This document shows positions 1-10,629 of a stretch of DNA of 64,000 nucleotides, in pieces. Below the pieces are notes generated by a model that worked only from the letters and a program-made list of their open reading frames with translations, searched no databases and was not told the DNA's origin. The DNA is from Lingula anatina (taxonomy: Eukaryota; Animalia; Brachiopoda): positions 6,696,001 through 6,760,000 of the forward strand of contig CM120649.1 in assembly GCA_051362555.1 (NCBI GenBank), written 5' to 3'. Made by a program: the position numbers and the translations under genes. Each line of letters starts with the position of its first letter. The first letter of the stretch is position 1.

Positions 1-203
1 CCCATGGAACTTCAAAGTCACAACTTGAAAATGACAAAATGTAAACAAGACAGCACTGTTCTGAAATGTTTTTTCCCCATTTTTAACAATTTTTAACATA
101 TATCAAAATTCACAGTTTACTGCCATTTATATATAATCAACTATAAAAATTAATGAGATAGGAAAAATATCAATAGAGCAGTGTTAAATGTCCAATTTCT
201 TCC

Positions 204-330
204 CAGAAGAATTTCATCAGCTGTGTTAAGTTTTAAGAATGATGTGAATTTTTCTTCAGTCAACAGCTAATATGGAGGTAAAACCTATCTCAATATTAGC
301 TGTTGACTGAAGAAAAATTCACATCATTCA
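204..330. mobile_element. 127-bp insertion with 10-bp target duplication, containing a perfect 37-bp-arm hairpin
   Basis: AATTTCTTCC at 194-203 and 331-340. Inverted arms at 237-273 and 293-329. The homologous copies near 17490 and 19265 lack the insert. Confidence 0.75.
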
Positions 331-2391
331 AATTTCTTCCATTCTGAGATTCTGAACATAGTGAATGATTGAATCTGACAAACTGCAATGATATGAGTTT
401 ATTTCAATTTTTGAAAATTTATTTCACAATACACGATAACAAGTTTACCATAATATATATATAATATATTTTTTTATTTAGACTCGGCTGTCGTACTAAC
501 TGCATTACAGACCCTGGGCATTTTGCTAATTGAAAATTGAAAGCTTTATAGTAGTCATATATCTGTCAAGAATGAATAAGGGTAAGCAAGATGGCAATTT
601 AGCTGTAGATAAATACTCACATAACTAATTGGTGAGGTCATTTTAGAGCATTTATTTTCTAAGATACCAAAATAAAGAAAGATGACATTATAACAAGCTA
701 ATATATTACTATTAGGCTGTATTCACATGCAAAATTTAAAAAATCCATTGGTGGTATCTAGTGTTCACGGTATGTTTACTCTGTAGCGATATTAATTAGC
801 AGCGTGAGCTAGTCATTTCCAAAGCTGTAATTAATTTGTGCTGCTAGTTATTTATGCCATGGGGTATTCAGCATTAAAACAATAAAGTATAAAATGTACA
901 GCTTGAACATAATGAATAAATGACTCTTAGAATACAGAGCATTTGTAAATATGACCAGTATGGAATGTGCTAGACCAGAACTGCATGTCTGCAACAAAAC
1001 CAGGGGTACATATTAGCCATGAAAAATAACATTTTGTTCATTTCTAAGACAAATATTTTTTACATATCTTTTTTACTTTCAATTTTATAAAACTAACTGT
1101 ATTCACAAAATAAGAAATGATAGGAGAAACTCTGTTTTGCTATGCTCCATAAAATACAATTCAACTCATTCAATAGCCATACAGATTTCTTAAAAAATCT
1201 TTTTCTGACATTTTTTTGCTACCAACATTTAAATAGTCAAAATGAATAAACTTGAATAATTTACTCTAAATTGTCTTCTCTATCAGAGGTACAAAACTGT
1301 ACATGACATTGTTTTTTGTTCAAGTATACCGAGTGTTCTTCAGTGTGAAGAATGAACATTTCAACTTCACAAATAACACATCTCCAACAGTGTCAATTAT
1401 ATTATAACATTTATTGTTCTTTCCTCATACTATGAGTAAGAAGAGAAATCCTATGCTTGAGCCCAGTCTTGTTTCCATAAACCCCATGGAAAGAAGTTAC
1501 AAGTGAACATTAATCTTCTCCAAGTAGGTGGTATTTTCCTTTCTGAAATTAAGAAATATATGTAACATGACATGTTAATCTCATAAAGATTTGTCACTGC
1601 TCAATTTGGTTGGTTTTTTTTAATGGGTTTGGTACACTGAAATTGACTAGACAGCAAAGCTGGCAAAGTAGCAAGTGATCCAGTTTTAAGGGATATATAA
1701 GCCACTGAAAATGTCAATGTGTGGAAAAAAAATGATATAAAAATAATGACTGCTGTAAATTGTTAACTGATCATGCTGATTTTAAAAAGCAACCTGTTTC
1801 TTTACCAAACAAATGTATTTCTTAAAATGATAGTGAAACAAGAATATGGTTTGGTAGGTATGGGGCAAAGGACACCAGCCAAGTCTATCTCCTTTTTTAT
1901 TATGCCATGTTTTAAGTTAAAAGGGAAAGATGGTATTTCTTCTTGAACTATAACTGTCTTTAATATGATGATTATGTTCTTGCTTTCGTCATTTATGTAA
2001 AATATTATATATAAATATATATTTAACAATATAATATGTAAAATTTTATAAAAGTAAAGAAGAGCACAATAATGTGTGAAAATGTATGAGTAATCATGTA
2101 ACTTAGAATTGAAAGAAATAAATAATTCGGTAAACAAATATCATTGGTCAATTTCAAGTATTATGAAGTTGAAGAAATGGGTGTGACATTATTTTTCCAC
2201 ATGTATAGGTAAAAGTAAATAACTTTTTAAAGAAGGGGTAAATTCGTAAGGTTTTGTTAATGTTTTTTCTTTCTTTTTTGAAGTGTTATTCTCTGAAACT
2301 TCTGCACATGTGTTTAGCTATATATGTGGTTGGAAGTACATAGGTTAAATGAAATTTGGAAACAATCTGTCTTATAATCTGTAATATAAAT

Positions 2392-5300
2392 TTAAAGACA
2401 ATTTTTGGGAAAAGACAAACAGACTGGAAAGTGATCACCAAAATAAGTGGGCAAAACTATAAGTTTAAGATCTGTATGATTAAAGTTTGTGAAGACGAGA
2501 TCTAAGGCCGAGTCATAATTGGTAGTTGGAGTTGTGACATGTTGTGTAAACATAAGGTCTTGGCACATCATTTTTCTGAGAGCATTTGCATTGTTTTCAT
2601 GGAGCCAGTTGACATTAAAGTCACCTATAATAACACATTTGTCTGTCTTATCAATAGTGTCAAGAATATTTCTCAAAGCCTCAAGAAGTACCTGCATTTT
2701 ACCATGAGGAGGTCGGTAAATTGTGATGACAACTAAGTCAGGAAACTGATCCAACCGTGTGACAGTAATCTCAATTCCAGAGAAATTGCAATTTTTTGGA
2801 AAATTCTCTGCATATCTATGGTGACTGTAGATAGCAGTACCATGCTGTCTATGAAGAGTACTATCATTTCTGTGAAGATATTTATCTTTTAGCTGGTATT
2901 TTGTATTTAGGTCTTTAATTGCAAATCTGGTCTCAGTGAAAGCACATACATCTGCTTTCGGTACATCAAGATTCTCTCTGATATCATCAATGTATTTGTG
3001 AAGAGAACAGCAATTCCAATGGATTATTTTGAAGTGGTCATCTGGTTGTTCAAATAGAAATGATATTGATTTAACAAGCTGTGCTTCTTGCCTTAAACGT
3101 TTCATTTCTTGTTTAACTTTGTCAGAAATGCATATTTTACTGGCATTTAATTCCAAAATATGCAACCCTTCTAATTTTTCTACTCGACTAAGTGCAACAT
3201 AATGCATGTGCTCATTTTTTCTGCCGCTGAGATCTACAACTAATTCTTTCAATGTGTCACCTTGACATCTGTGTATAGTTTTTGCAGCAGACAACTGCAG
3301 TGGGAATTGTTTTCTTACAACTTGATACTGTCCTGTTTTTCCCAGGTGAAATTGTCTTTTAACAGGAAAGATAGGTGTCCATGTTTTTGAAATTTTGCTA
3401 TTATATAATGGTTTGTTCATTCTTCTGACATTTTTGCCAATGTCCTCTGCATCAAATTGTACCCAAATTAATTGTCTGTCTAAATCTACCAGTTTCACAA
3501 CATTTGGTGCACCATTAGTAATGCCATCTTCTGTGTCAACATTTAGGACAACTTCAGTTCTTTCCCCAACTGCAATATGCAGAATCCTTCGTAAATTCAT
3601 GGTTTTTTTATGATCCAATGGAATTTGCTTTCTGATGTTGTTTTCTAAATGTTTTGGTACAGGCCCAGTGATAGTATCAGTGGCTGCAATTTGAAATTTT
3701 TCTCCTTTCGCATTTTGATAACTGGCATGATTGAAATTTTCTACCAGAGAATTTGTTTGGAAAACATGTAGTAATGGTTGTTGGCTAGTTTTTGATTGAT
3801 CAAGTTGACGTTCACTTAGAACTTTTATGTCTTTGTCTGTGTGATGTCCTTCTCTAAGCCTATTTAAAATTTCTGCAAACTCTTTACTGTCTTTCTGACG
3901 CATAATCTCAGTCAGTTCATACATGTGAAAATGTTTCTGCCACAAATTAGTAGCTAATGGATAATAGTCATTGTTTGGATTTTCAAATATCCAGTTATCA
4001 AACACAGGCTTCAGTTGAAATAGGTCACCTATAGCCACAATGCTAACACCTCCAAACAATCTGTCATTGTTTTTTAGTTCTTTTAACCGTTCATTGATGA
4101 AACTTAACATTTTACTCCCAACCATTGAAACTTCATCAATAAAGAGAACTTTAAGTGATCCAAGTTTGTATCTGAAACTGTTTAACACATCAGCACTGAG
4201 TCTTTTATATTTGAGACTCTGATTTGCAGGAATTTTCAGTAAACTGTGAATTGTGTGGCCACCAATATTATACGCAGCTTTTCCTGTAGGAGCAATCAAA
4301 GCAACTCTAATTGTCCGGAAGTCTTCACCAGGTAAACTTGACAAGTACTTTAAAATACCTTGATACAGAGCACGAGTGACAAATGATTTCCCCACACCAG
4401 CACCTCCAGACAGGAATATGTGAAATGGATCAGAATTGGATTTGATTAAATGTAAAACATGATGGAAAAACTCTAACTGTTGTCTGTTCATGTTTCTAAT
4501 CATTTTAAAGTAACTGATATCAGGTATTTCTTTATTAACAATTTCTTCTTCAGTGCAACTTTTGGCAGATACATGTATACCCAAATCTTCTGCTAAGTCA
4601 TAGGACAGACCAACAGAAGATTGTACCACATCACTAGGTTCACACTGATCAGCTTCATTTTGACATTCAGTATTTGGTGCAACAGTGGCCCACATATCTT
4701 CATCTTCACTATCCATGTTATTTAGATCTTCCATTGCTCTGTGCAATTCATCTTTAGCTGGAGAATACATTCTCTGTTGTTCCCTAATCTCATTTTCTAA
4801 ATGTTGACATCTCTGTTCATAACTTTCAAAATTTTGCAAAATGTCAGATTCTTCATTTCTCCATGGAATATACAACATCAATAGCTCACGGTAATGCTTT
4901 TCAGGATATAAACTCTCACTGAACCAAACACTGCGAATAATTTTTGCTTTTTTTCTTTTAATAATGTCTGTTTCACATGGAATATCATGAATATCATCCT
5001 CAAAATTTTCAAGGTCATGCTTTTCCAATGGCATACCATCTGTATCTAATATTCTAGAAGATCTTTTTTTGCTTCCGCCAATAATGTTCAAATTGTTGTC
5101 ATAATATGCAGCAAAATCTGCAAGGGAAATATTGTCCAAGGAAGGTAAGCGCCTGCTATAACGTTTCAAAAGATTGCTGGACTCAATATTGTCAGATTCA
5201 TCTTCTAATTCTTTTATTTCTTCCAGTGGCTTAAGTAATCGTACTCTGTCTTCAGGGGGTGTAGTGTTAATGAATACAAATGATCGAGAAGCTCTTCTCA

Positions 5301-8300
5301 TGGGTAACTGTAAAGTGATGTAGGAAGCTTCTTGAGCAGAAATTTCAACATTATTAAGAAATTTGTTTCCAATGTGACGGACTTGCTGTTTTATGTCACT
5401 GTTACCTTCTCTAGCTTCTTTGCAAGCTTGATAAAGTAAATCTGACATGCCTCTTTGTCCTTTAGAAATGTAATTTACAATATATGTTGCACAAGCATAG
5501 ATGTCTAAAACAAACTGAATATCCATATTTGCTCTCCATGCTTGTAAACATGACCTGGAATAATTGTTTATCCAAATTTCACAGGGCAGTCTTTTTAAGA
5601 ACAAAGTATCAGTTTTGATTGTAGATCTCACTGCCAAAATGTAATCTTCTTCTGAGACTTGTACTTTATTTAAAAATTCTTCAAATGTTAGACTAACACA
5701 TGTAAAATTTTTGTCATTTATAATATTATGAATCTTTGTCCAAACTTGTGCATATTCTTTCTTCTGTGAAGTATCTTCAAGGGGTTTCAGAATAATACTT
5801 TTTTTCATCGGAGGCTGTGGAAAATGGAATCTGCAAGATTTTTTCAAATTCTTTATACATGTCCTTGTATGTTTGTGTGTCTGATAAGATACAAGTTCTT
5901 TTATTGGATCATCTTCATTTGGTTTGCTACAGCAAATTGTGCTATCAACAAATTGTATGATGTCTTCATTAGAATTGACACCATAAATAGGTGCATTTTC
6001 TATCCAAAGCAGCATGTGAATATGTGGACTACCTCTGTGTTGAAATTCTACACGGTAAAAAAAATCTTGTATTTTACCTAATGGTGCTACTTTGTGGCAC
6101 AAAAAGTGATGTATCAAACACTGGACTTGATAATCAAAATGCCGTGCACAAGTAATGGGATCACTCTGAATCAAGCGACATTTTTCATCCCAGCTTAGCT
6201 GTTCTAACTCTGATTCTGAGTAATGTCTATTATCTACTAATTGACCAAGAGTTCCAAGTAAATGATTCCATTTTGTTTCAGCAGAAGAAAAACTGCAGAA
6301 AAAAGTTGCTGCTCCTAGCTGACGTATCATTGCAAATAAATCTTTTTTTGCTTTCTCAAAATATGGGGGGGAACCACGTACTCCTTTTAGGAATGTATAA
6401 CCTTCATCAAAATGTAAAAGTTTCTCAATGGCTCCAGACTGTTTCAAATCTCCTGCAGTGAGTTTCTTTCCACTAGTTTTATGTTTTCTTACAGCAAGAG
6501 AAGCTGACCCAATCAATCTTTTCATCTGTAGTTTTTTTGCTTTAAAAAATATGTTGTCAACACACATTGCTGCTCTTCTGTCATTGCGTCTTAATTCCGA
6601 CTTGCAAATGTCACTGTAGTGTACAGGGACAAGTCTGTTTTGATTTGCAGGCCTTGCATTGCCAAGAAATATTTCAGGAAAAGCCAATTCCTCACAGTGT
6701 TCATCTCTGAATATGCTGAGTGGATGACCTTCTTGGCCAGGTGCAAAAGAATAAATTTTCTCTCTCTCTGTGTCTTCTAAGAAGTCTCTACCTGTTAACA
6801 TTGTATCTCTTATACCAGGTTTCATTTCTTCCTCATCAATTTCGTCCCAATCTGTAGTATCATTTTCCTGTAAGTATTTACTTATATCTGATTTAGCTCG
6901 TGTTACCTGCTTTGTTTGCAGCAAGTTCTTGTATATGCTATCAGCAGACAATGATGAGTCGCATACACTCTGCACGATATCATAGTGATCAGAGTTTGTA
7001 TTTTGTAGGTAAATAGCTGTCTCGTGTGAATGATTGTTCTGGTCAAGAAAGTTAGCAGAATACTTTAACCATTTCCAAGAGTCACCAGGCTTGCAGTAGA
7101 CATAGATGTCCGTTTGTAGCAGATGTGCTGCAGCAAGTATTTCTGTTTCAGTACCCCAAACATTTACACTATCCATGCGGGTTCGTCTAATATAATTTGC
7201 TGAGGTGCTGTCATTATCGCCTAACATACTACTTGCAAAAGCATACTCAAGCTGCTTCATATGACTGACGATTTTGTTTCTAAGTATAATGTGATTATTA
7301 TCATACAACATGTCAGAACCAGTGATGGTAAAAGACAAACTTCGAAAAAAACAATTACCATCTCCAATAACTTTCTTCAACTGCCTAGGATTTGTCAAGA
7401 GAATATCACTACCAGTTTCAGGCCAATTGTGTGGACGCTTTAATGGTAAGTTTAGTTTCTTGGTTATTTTCTCTTGCCAGAGGGCATCTACAGGCATAAA
7501 ATGGAATGAAGTATTGTCAGTCCGTATGTGTTGTACCTCATTTTCAGATTCACAATATGTAGGTAATATATGTCTTTGCTGTAAGTATGATAACTCCTTT
7601 TGCAAGTGTGAAACATTTCTTACTCTGTGTCGAATTTTTTTTACAGTTCTGAAGTATCTTGAGTACCATGTTCTTCCTTGTTTTTTTCTTTTAAACAAGC
7701 CATAATAACTCAGTTTCAAATGCTTATATTTTCTTAGAATATGGTGGCGCTTATAAGCAATGAGTTTTTCAATTCGTTCTCTACTAGAAGCTCTGATTGT
7801 ATTTATCTTCTTGCGATATCTTGATCTGCCTCTCTCTTGTGATTTGAATGCAGGTACACCAAAAATGTGTGGTTGTTTTGAAAAACCAGCACCTTTTCTT
7901 TCACTCTGAATAGTAGCCACAAATTTGTCAACATCAACAGATGGATCATATTTATAAGGCTTGTCTAAAATGACATAGAATTCATCTGCAAAATCACCAT
8001 CCTGATCCATAAGATGCCCTTCTTCAGAAAATTGAATGTTTTTACAACTAGCAGGGCATTCAACACAAACATATTCTTTCAGTAAGTTTTGTATTTGTTC
8101 CTCACGCAAGTTATAAATAGTTGTATGCTCTTTTTTTGTTTGTTCAAATGTGTCAGATCTGCAGGGATTTTCTTCTAATTTCCATGTTGTGTCTACAGTT
8201 ATTCCCTTTTCTTGATATAATTTTCCATTTGCAGTTAACCAAGCTGCAGCTTCAAGTACTTTGTTAGGTCTTACATTCTGAGCATATGCATAATTTTTAA

Positions 8301-10629
8301 ATTTCACATTTCTTTTGAGCTGAACTTTAATTGTAGAGCTATCTGCCTCAGTTCTTGGTAACTTTGTTACAGTGGATGTAACATCTGCTGGTATATTTAC
8401 AACATTTCCTTCTAATTTGTATTGTTTTCCACGAGGAGCTTGTTGAAGCTTCATGAAAACTAACCTTGGGCTAGTTAATCTCCACTCTAAAGGTTTTAAA
8501 TCCAAGAAGCTGGGTTTTTCTGGAAACGACAGGCCATTCACCATAGCGCATGGAGGAATTTTGTTCTTTTTCAAATGAGAAGAGCATGTTAAACATATCC
8601 AATTACTGTCAAATAAATCACCAGTTTCTTTGCAATGTTTAACTGCATTATTTTCTAAATTCATGATAGACTCTGAATTTATCACAGTATGCCTGTACCA
8701 AAGTTGTTGACATATACAACATGTGTAAATACAACCTTCAGCAACTTTTTTGTGGAATTGTTGTATTAACTGTTGAAGATTAGTATTGATTTTCTGCCTC
8801 TTATTACGTTTAGCAAATGAATCAGATTTTTTTTCATGTTTTCTGAATTCGGGATCAGATCTTTTTAACCTTTTATTACTTCTCTCAGTTACTTTGTAAT
8901 AAGGATCAGACCTTTTCAAGTGCTTGTGCTTCAGAATTTTGGTCTTCATATCAGACTGAGAGCGTTTTAGTCGCTGAGATTCTTGTTCCTTTTTCCTATA
9001 CTGTGGATCTGCCCTTTTCAACTGTTTGTGCTTTAAAATTTTGCTCTTCTCATCGACCTGAGAACGTTTTAGTCTCTGAGATTCTTGTTCGCGCTTTCTG
9101 AACTGTGGATCAGACCTTTTCAACTGATTGTACTTTAAAATTTTGCTCTTCTCATCGACCTGAGAGCGTTTTAGTCTCTTAGATTCTTGTTCGTGCTTTC
9201 TGAACTGTGGATCAGACCTTTTCAACCGATTGTACTTTAAAATTTTGCTCTTCTCATTGACCTGAGAGCGTTTTAGTCTCTGAGATTCTTGTTCGCACTT
9301 CCTGAACTGTGGATCAGACCTTTTCAACTGATTGTACTTTAAAATTTTGCTCTTCTCATCGACCTGAGAGCGTTTTAGTCTCTGAGATTCTTGTTCGCGC
9401 TTCCTGAACTGTGGGTCAGACCTTTTCAACTGATTGTACTTTAAAATTTTCCTCTTCTCATCGACCTGAGAGCGTTTTAGTCTCTGAGATTCTTGTTCGC
9501 GCTTCCTGAACTGTGGATCAGACCTTTTCAACTGTTTGTGCTTTAGAATTTTGCTCTTTTCATCAACCTGAGAACGTTTTAATCTCTGAGCATTTTGTTC
9601 GGCTTTCCTGTACTGTGGATCAGATCTAAGAAGTTGCATCCTGATTTTATTTTTCTCTCTTTTCAAAATATTTCTGTCAGTGCTACTGGTTCCAGTAAGT
9701 GAGGTATCCAAAAGAGTTTTATTCACTGCGTCAATTTTGCTTTGTTGTTTGTCTTCTGTCCATTTTAACTGCCTCTTCATTTCATCATGTAGTCTTTTTA
9801 AATGGGGTTTGTGCAAATTTGTTTTATCAAAAATGGATGAAATAGAATCAGAGGTAATGGTATTACCAGTGTGTTTTGTTAATGGTACCTTCTTCATTGA
9901 ACCCACTTTTGAATATTGAACACTTTTTTCCACAGGTTTTAAGGATGTTTTTAATGTAACCATATTGGGTTCATTTTTTTGAATTTCAGGAAAAACTACT
10001 GATTCTTTCTTTAATTTGTGGGGTACCGATGATAGCTTTGGGTTGACTGGCATGTTAGATTTTACAGACTTATCTGATGGTGAAAAATGGTCTGAATATA
10101 TTATAGACTTACTTGAATGACCAGGGGCATCAGTGGCACTCAAACTGACAGGATAGGCTGTGTCAACTGTAGCATCTGTCTTGTCTGAAGCATCTGTATA
10201 AGCTGCATGAACAGTAACATCTGAAGCAATGGGAATGTCAGTGTGTTCAGGAAATTCAGTGTTTTCAATAACTGCATTATTTTCACTTTTTTCAGTGTTT
10301 TCAGTAATTTCACTGTTTTTTTCAGTAATTTGTGTAATCTCAGTATTTTCAGTAATTTCATTGCTTTTTTCAGTATTTTCACTGCTTCTATCAGTAATTT
10401 CACTGCGTCTATCAGTAATTTCACTGCTTCTATCAGTAATATCAGTAATTTCACTGCTTCTATCAGTAATTTCACAGTTTTTCACAGAGCCCACCGAGGT
10501 GGGCGTGCCTGCCGAAGCAGGCACAATAGTAGACGTGGCATCCTTAGTCACCCTCTTGCGACTTTTCTTGATCATCTTCTTCTGATGTGCCCTTCTTTGG
10601 ACCATGCTTTGTTTTTTCAACCTAGGCAT
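2392..10629 (-). CDS. Helentron Rep/Helicase polyprotein, 2745 aa: repeats, C4 Zn finger, OTU protease, HUH Rep, PIF1 helicase, APE-like endonuclease
   Basis: Uninterrupted ORF. Motifs: CCICQQLWY..WICLTC (Zn finger); VIGDGNCFFRSLS..WGTETEI..DHYDIV (OTU); YRVEFQHRGSPHIHMLLW and YIVNYISK (Rep HUH/Y2); GGAGVGKS, DEVSM, GDLFQLKPV, QFPLQLSAAKTIHRCQG, YVALSR (PIF1); HWNCCSL, FTET, IYRPP, GDFNV, LDLVF, GDHFPV (EEP/APE). A splice acceptor (tttctag) directly precedes the ATG. Confidence 0.95.
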   Translation of the reverse strand: MPRLKKQSMVQRRAHQKKMIKKSRKRVTKDATSTIVPASAGTPTSVGSVKNCEITDRSSEITDITDRSSEITDRRSEITDRSSENTEKSNEITENTEITQITEKNSEITENTEKSENNAVIENTEFPEHTDIPIASDVTVHAAYTDASDKTDATVDTAYPVSLSATDAPGHSSKSIIYSDHFSPSDKSVKSNMPVNPKLSSVPHKLKKESVVFPEIQKNEPNMVTLKTSLKPVEKSVQYSKVGSMKKVPLTKHTGNTITSDSISSIFDKTNLHKPHLKRLHDEMKRQLKWTEDKQQSKIDAVNKTLLDTSLTGTSSTDRNILKREKNKIRMQLLRSDPQYRKAEQNAQRLKRSQVDEKSKILKHKQLKRSDPQFRKREQESQRLKRSQVDEKRKILKYNQLKRSDPQFRKREQESQRLKRSQVDEKSKILKYNQLKRSDPQFRKCEQESQRLKRSQVNEKSKILKYNRLKRSDPQFRKHEQESKRLKRSQVDEKSKILKYNQLKRSDPQFRKREQESQRLKRSQVDEKSKILKHKQLKRADPQYRKKEQESQRLKRSQSDMKTKILKHKHLKRSDPYYKVTERSNKRLKRSDPEFRKHEKKSDSFAKRNKRQKINTNLQQLIQQFHKKVAEGCIYTCCICQQLWYRHTVINSESIMNLENNAVKHCKETGDLFDSNWICLTCSSHLKKNKIPPCAMVNGLSFPEKPSFLDLKPLEWRLTSPRLVFMKLQQAPRGKQYKLEGNVVNIPADVTSTVTKLPRTEADSSTIKVQLKRNVKFKNYAYAQNVRPNKVLEAAAWLTANGKLYQEKGITVDTTWKLEENPCRSDTFEQTKKEHTTIYNLREEQIQNLLKEYVCVECPASCKNIQFSEEGHLMDQDGDFADEFYVILDKPYKYDPSVDVDKFVATIQSERKGAGFSKQPHIFGVPAFKSQERGRSRYRKKINTIRASSRERIEKLIAYKRHHILRKYKHLKLSYYGLFKRKKQGRTWYSRYFRTVKKIRHRVRNVSHLQKELSYLQQRHILPTYCESENEVQHIRTDNTSFHFMPVDALWQEKITKKLNLPLKRPHNWPETGSDILLTNPRQLKKVIGDGNCFFRSLSFTITGSDMLYDNNHIILRNKIVSHMKQLEYAFASSMLGDNDSTSANYIRRTRMDSVNVWGTETEILAAAHLLQTDIYVYCKPGDSWKWLKYSANFLDQNNHSHETAIYLQNTNSDHYDIVQSVCDSSLSADSIYKNLLQTKQVTRAKSDISKYLQENDTTDWDEIDEEEMKPGIRDTMLTGRDFLEDTEREKIYSFAPGQEGHPLSIFRDEHCEELAFPEIFLGNARPANQNRLVPVHYSDICKSELRRNDRRAAMCVDNIFFKAKKLQMKRLIGSASLAVRKHKTSGKKLTAGDLKQSGAIEKLLHFDEGYTFLKGVRGSPPYFEKAKKDLFAMIRQLGAATFFCSFSSAETKWNHLLGTLGQLVDNRHYSESELEQLSWDEKCRLIQSDPITCARHFDYQVQCLIHHFLCHKVAPLGKIQDFFYRVEFQHRGSPHIHMLLWIENAPIYGVNSNEDIIQFVDSTICCSKPNEDDPIKELVSYQTHKHTRTCIKNLKKSCRFHFPQPPMKKSIILKPLEDTSQKKEYAQVWTKIHNIINDKNFTCVSLTFEEFLNKVQVSEEDYILAVRSTIKTDTLFLKRLPCEIWINNYSRSCLQAWRANMDIQFVLDIYACATYIVNYISKGQRGMSDLLYQACKEAREGNSDIKQQVRHIGNKFLNNVEISAQEASYITLQLPMRRASRSFVFINTTPPEDRVRLLKPLEEIKELEDESDNIESSNLLKRYSRRLPSLDNISLADFAAYYDNNLNIIGGSKKRSSRILDTDGMPLEKHDLENFEDDIHDIPCETDIIKRKKAKIIRSVWFSESLYPEKHYRELLMLYIPWRNEESDILQNFESYEQRCQHLENEIREQQRMYSPAKDELHRAMEDLNNMDSEDEDMWATVAPNTECQNEADQCEPSDVVQSSVGLSYDLAEDLGIHVSAKSCTEEEIVNKEIPDISYFKMIRNMNRQQLEFFHHVLHLIKSNSDPFHIFLSGGAGVGKSFVTRALYQGILKYLSSLPGEDFRTIRVALIAPTGKAAYNIGGHTIHSLLKIPANQSLKYKRLSADVLNSFRYKLGSLKVLFIDEVSMVGSKMLSFINERLKELKNNDRLFGGVSIVAIGDLFQLKPVFDNWIFENPNNDYYPLATNLWQKHFHMYELTEIMRQKDSKEFAEILNRLREGHHTDKDIKVLSERQLDQSKTSQQPLLHVFQTNSLVENFNHASYQNAKGEKFQIAATDTITGPVPKHLENNIRKQIPLDHKKTMNLRRILHIAVGERTEVVLNVDTEDGITNGAPNVVKLVDLDRQLIWVQFDAEDIGKNVRRMNKPLYNSKISKTWTPIFPVKRQFHLGKTGQYQVVRKQFPLQLSAAKTIHRCQGDTLKELVVDLSGRKNEHMHYVALSRVEKLEGLHILELNASKICISDKVKQEMKRLRQEAQLVKSISFLFEQPDDHFKIIHWNCCSLHKYIDDIRENLDVPKADVCAFTETRFAIKDLNTKYQLKDKYLHRNDSTLHRQHGTAIYSHHRYAENFPKNCNFSGIEITVTRLDQFPDLVVITIYRPPHGKMQVLLEALRNILDTIDKTDKCVIIGDFNVNWLHENNANALRKMMCQDLMFTQHVTTPTTNYDSALDLVFTNFNHTDLKLIVLPTYFGDHFPVCLSFPKNCL
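8830..9630 (-). repeat. 102-bp (34-aa) coding tandem repeat, ~7.5 copies
   Basis: LKRSDPQFRKREQESQRLKRSQVDEKSKILKYNQ repeated in frame within the Helentron ORF. Confidence 0.9.
10255..10475 (-). repeat. Short (9-21 bp) coding repeats giving an EITDRSS/ENTEK low-complexity tract
   Basis: tcagtaatttcactgcttcta repeated; the translation is rich in S, E, I and T. Confidence 0.8.

Noticed and set aside
1400-2137. Minus-strand ORF 1802-2137 and exon-like pieces (~1945-1806, 1543-1410) as continuing CENP-I exons or a captured gene
   Set aside because: Translations do not resemble CENP-I or anything I recognise; at most 3' UTR exons of the Helentron transcript.
2392-3030. APE endonuclease as a separate LINE insertion
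   Set aside because: It is in frame at the C-terminus of the helicase with no RT after it, the known Helentron arrangement.
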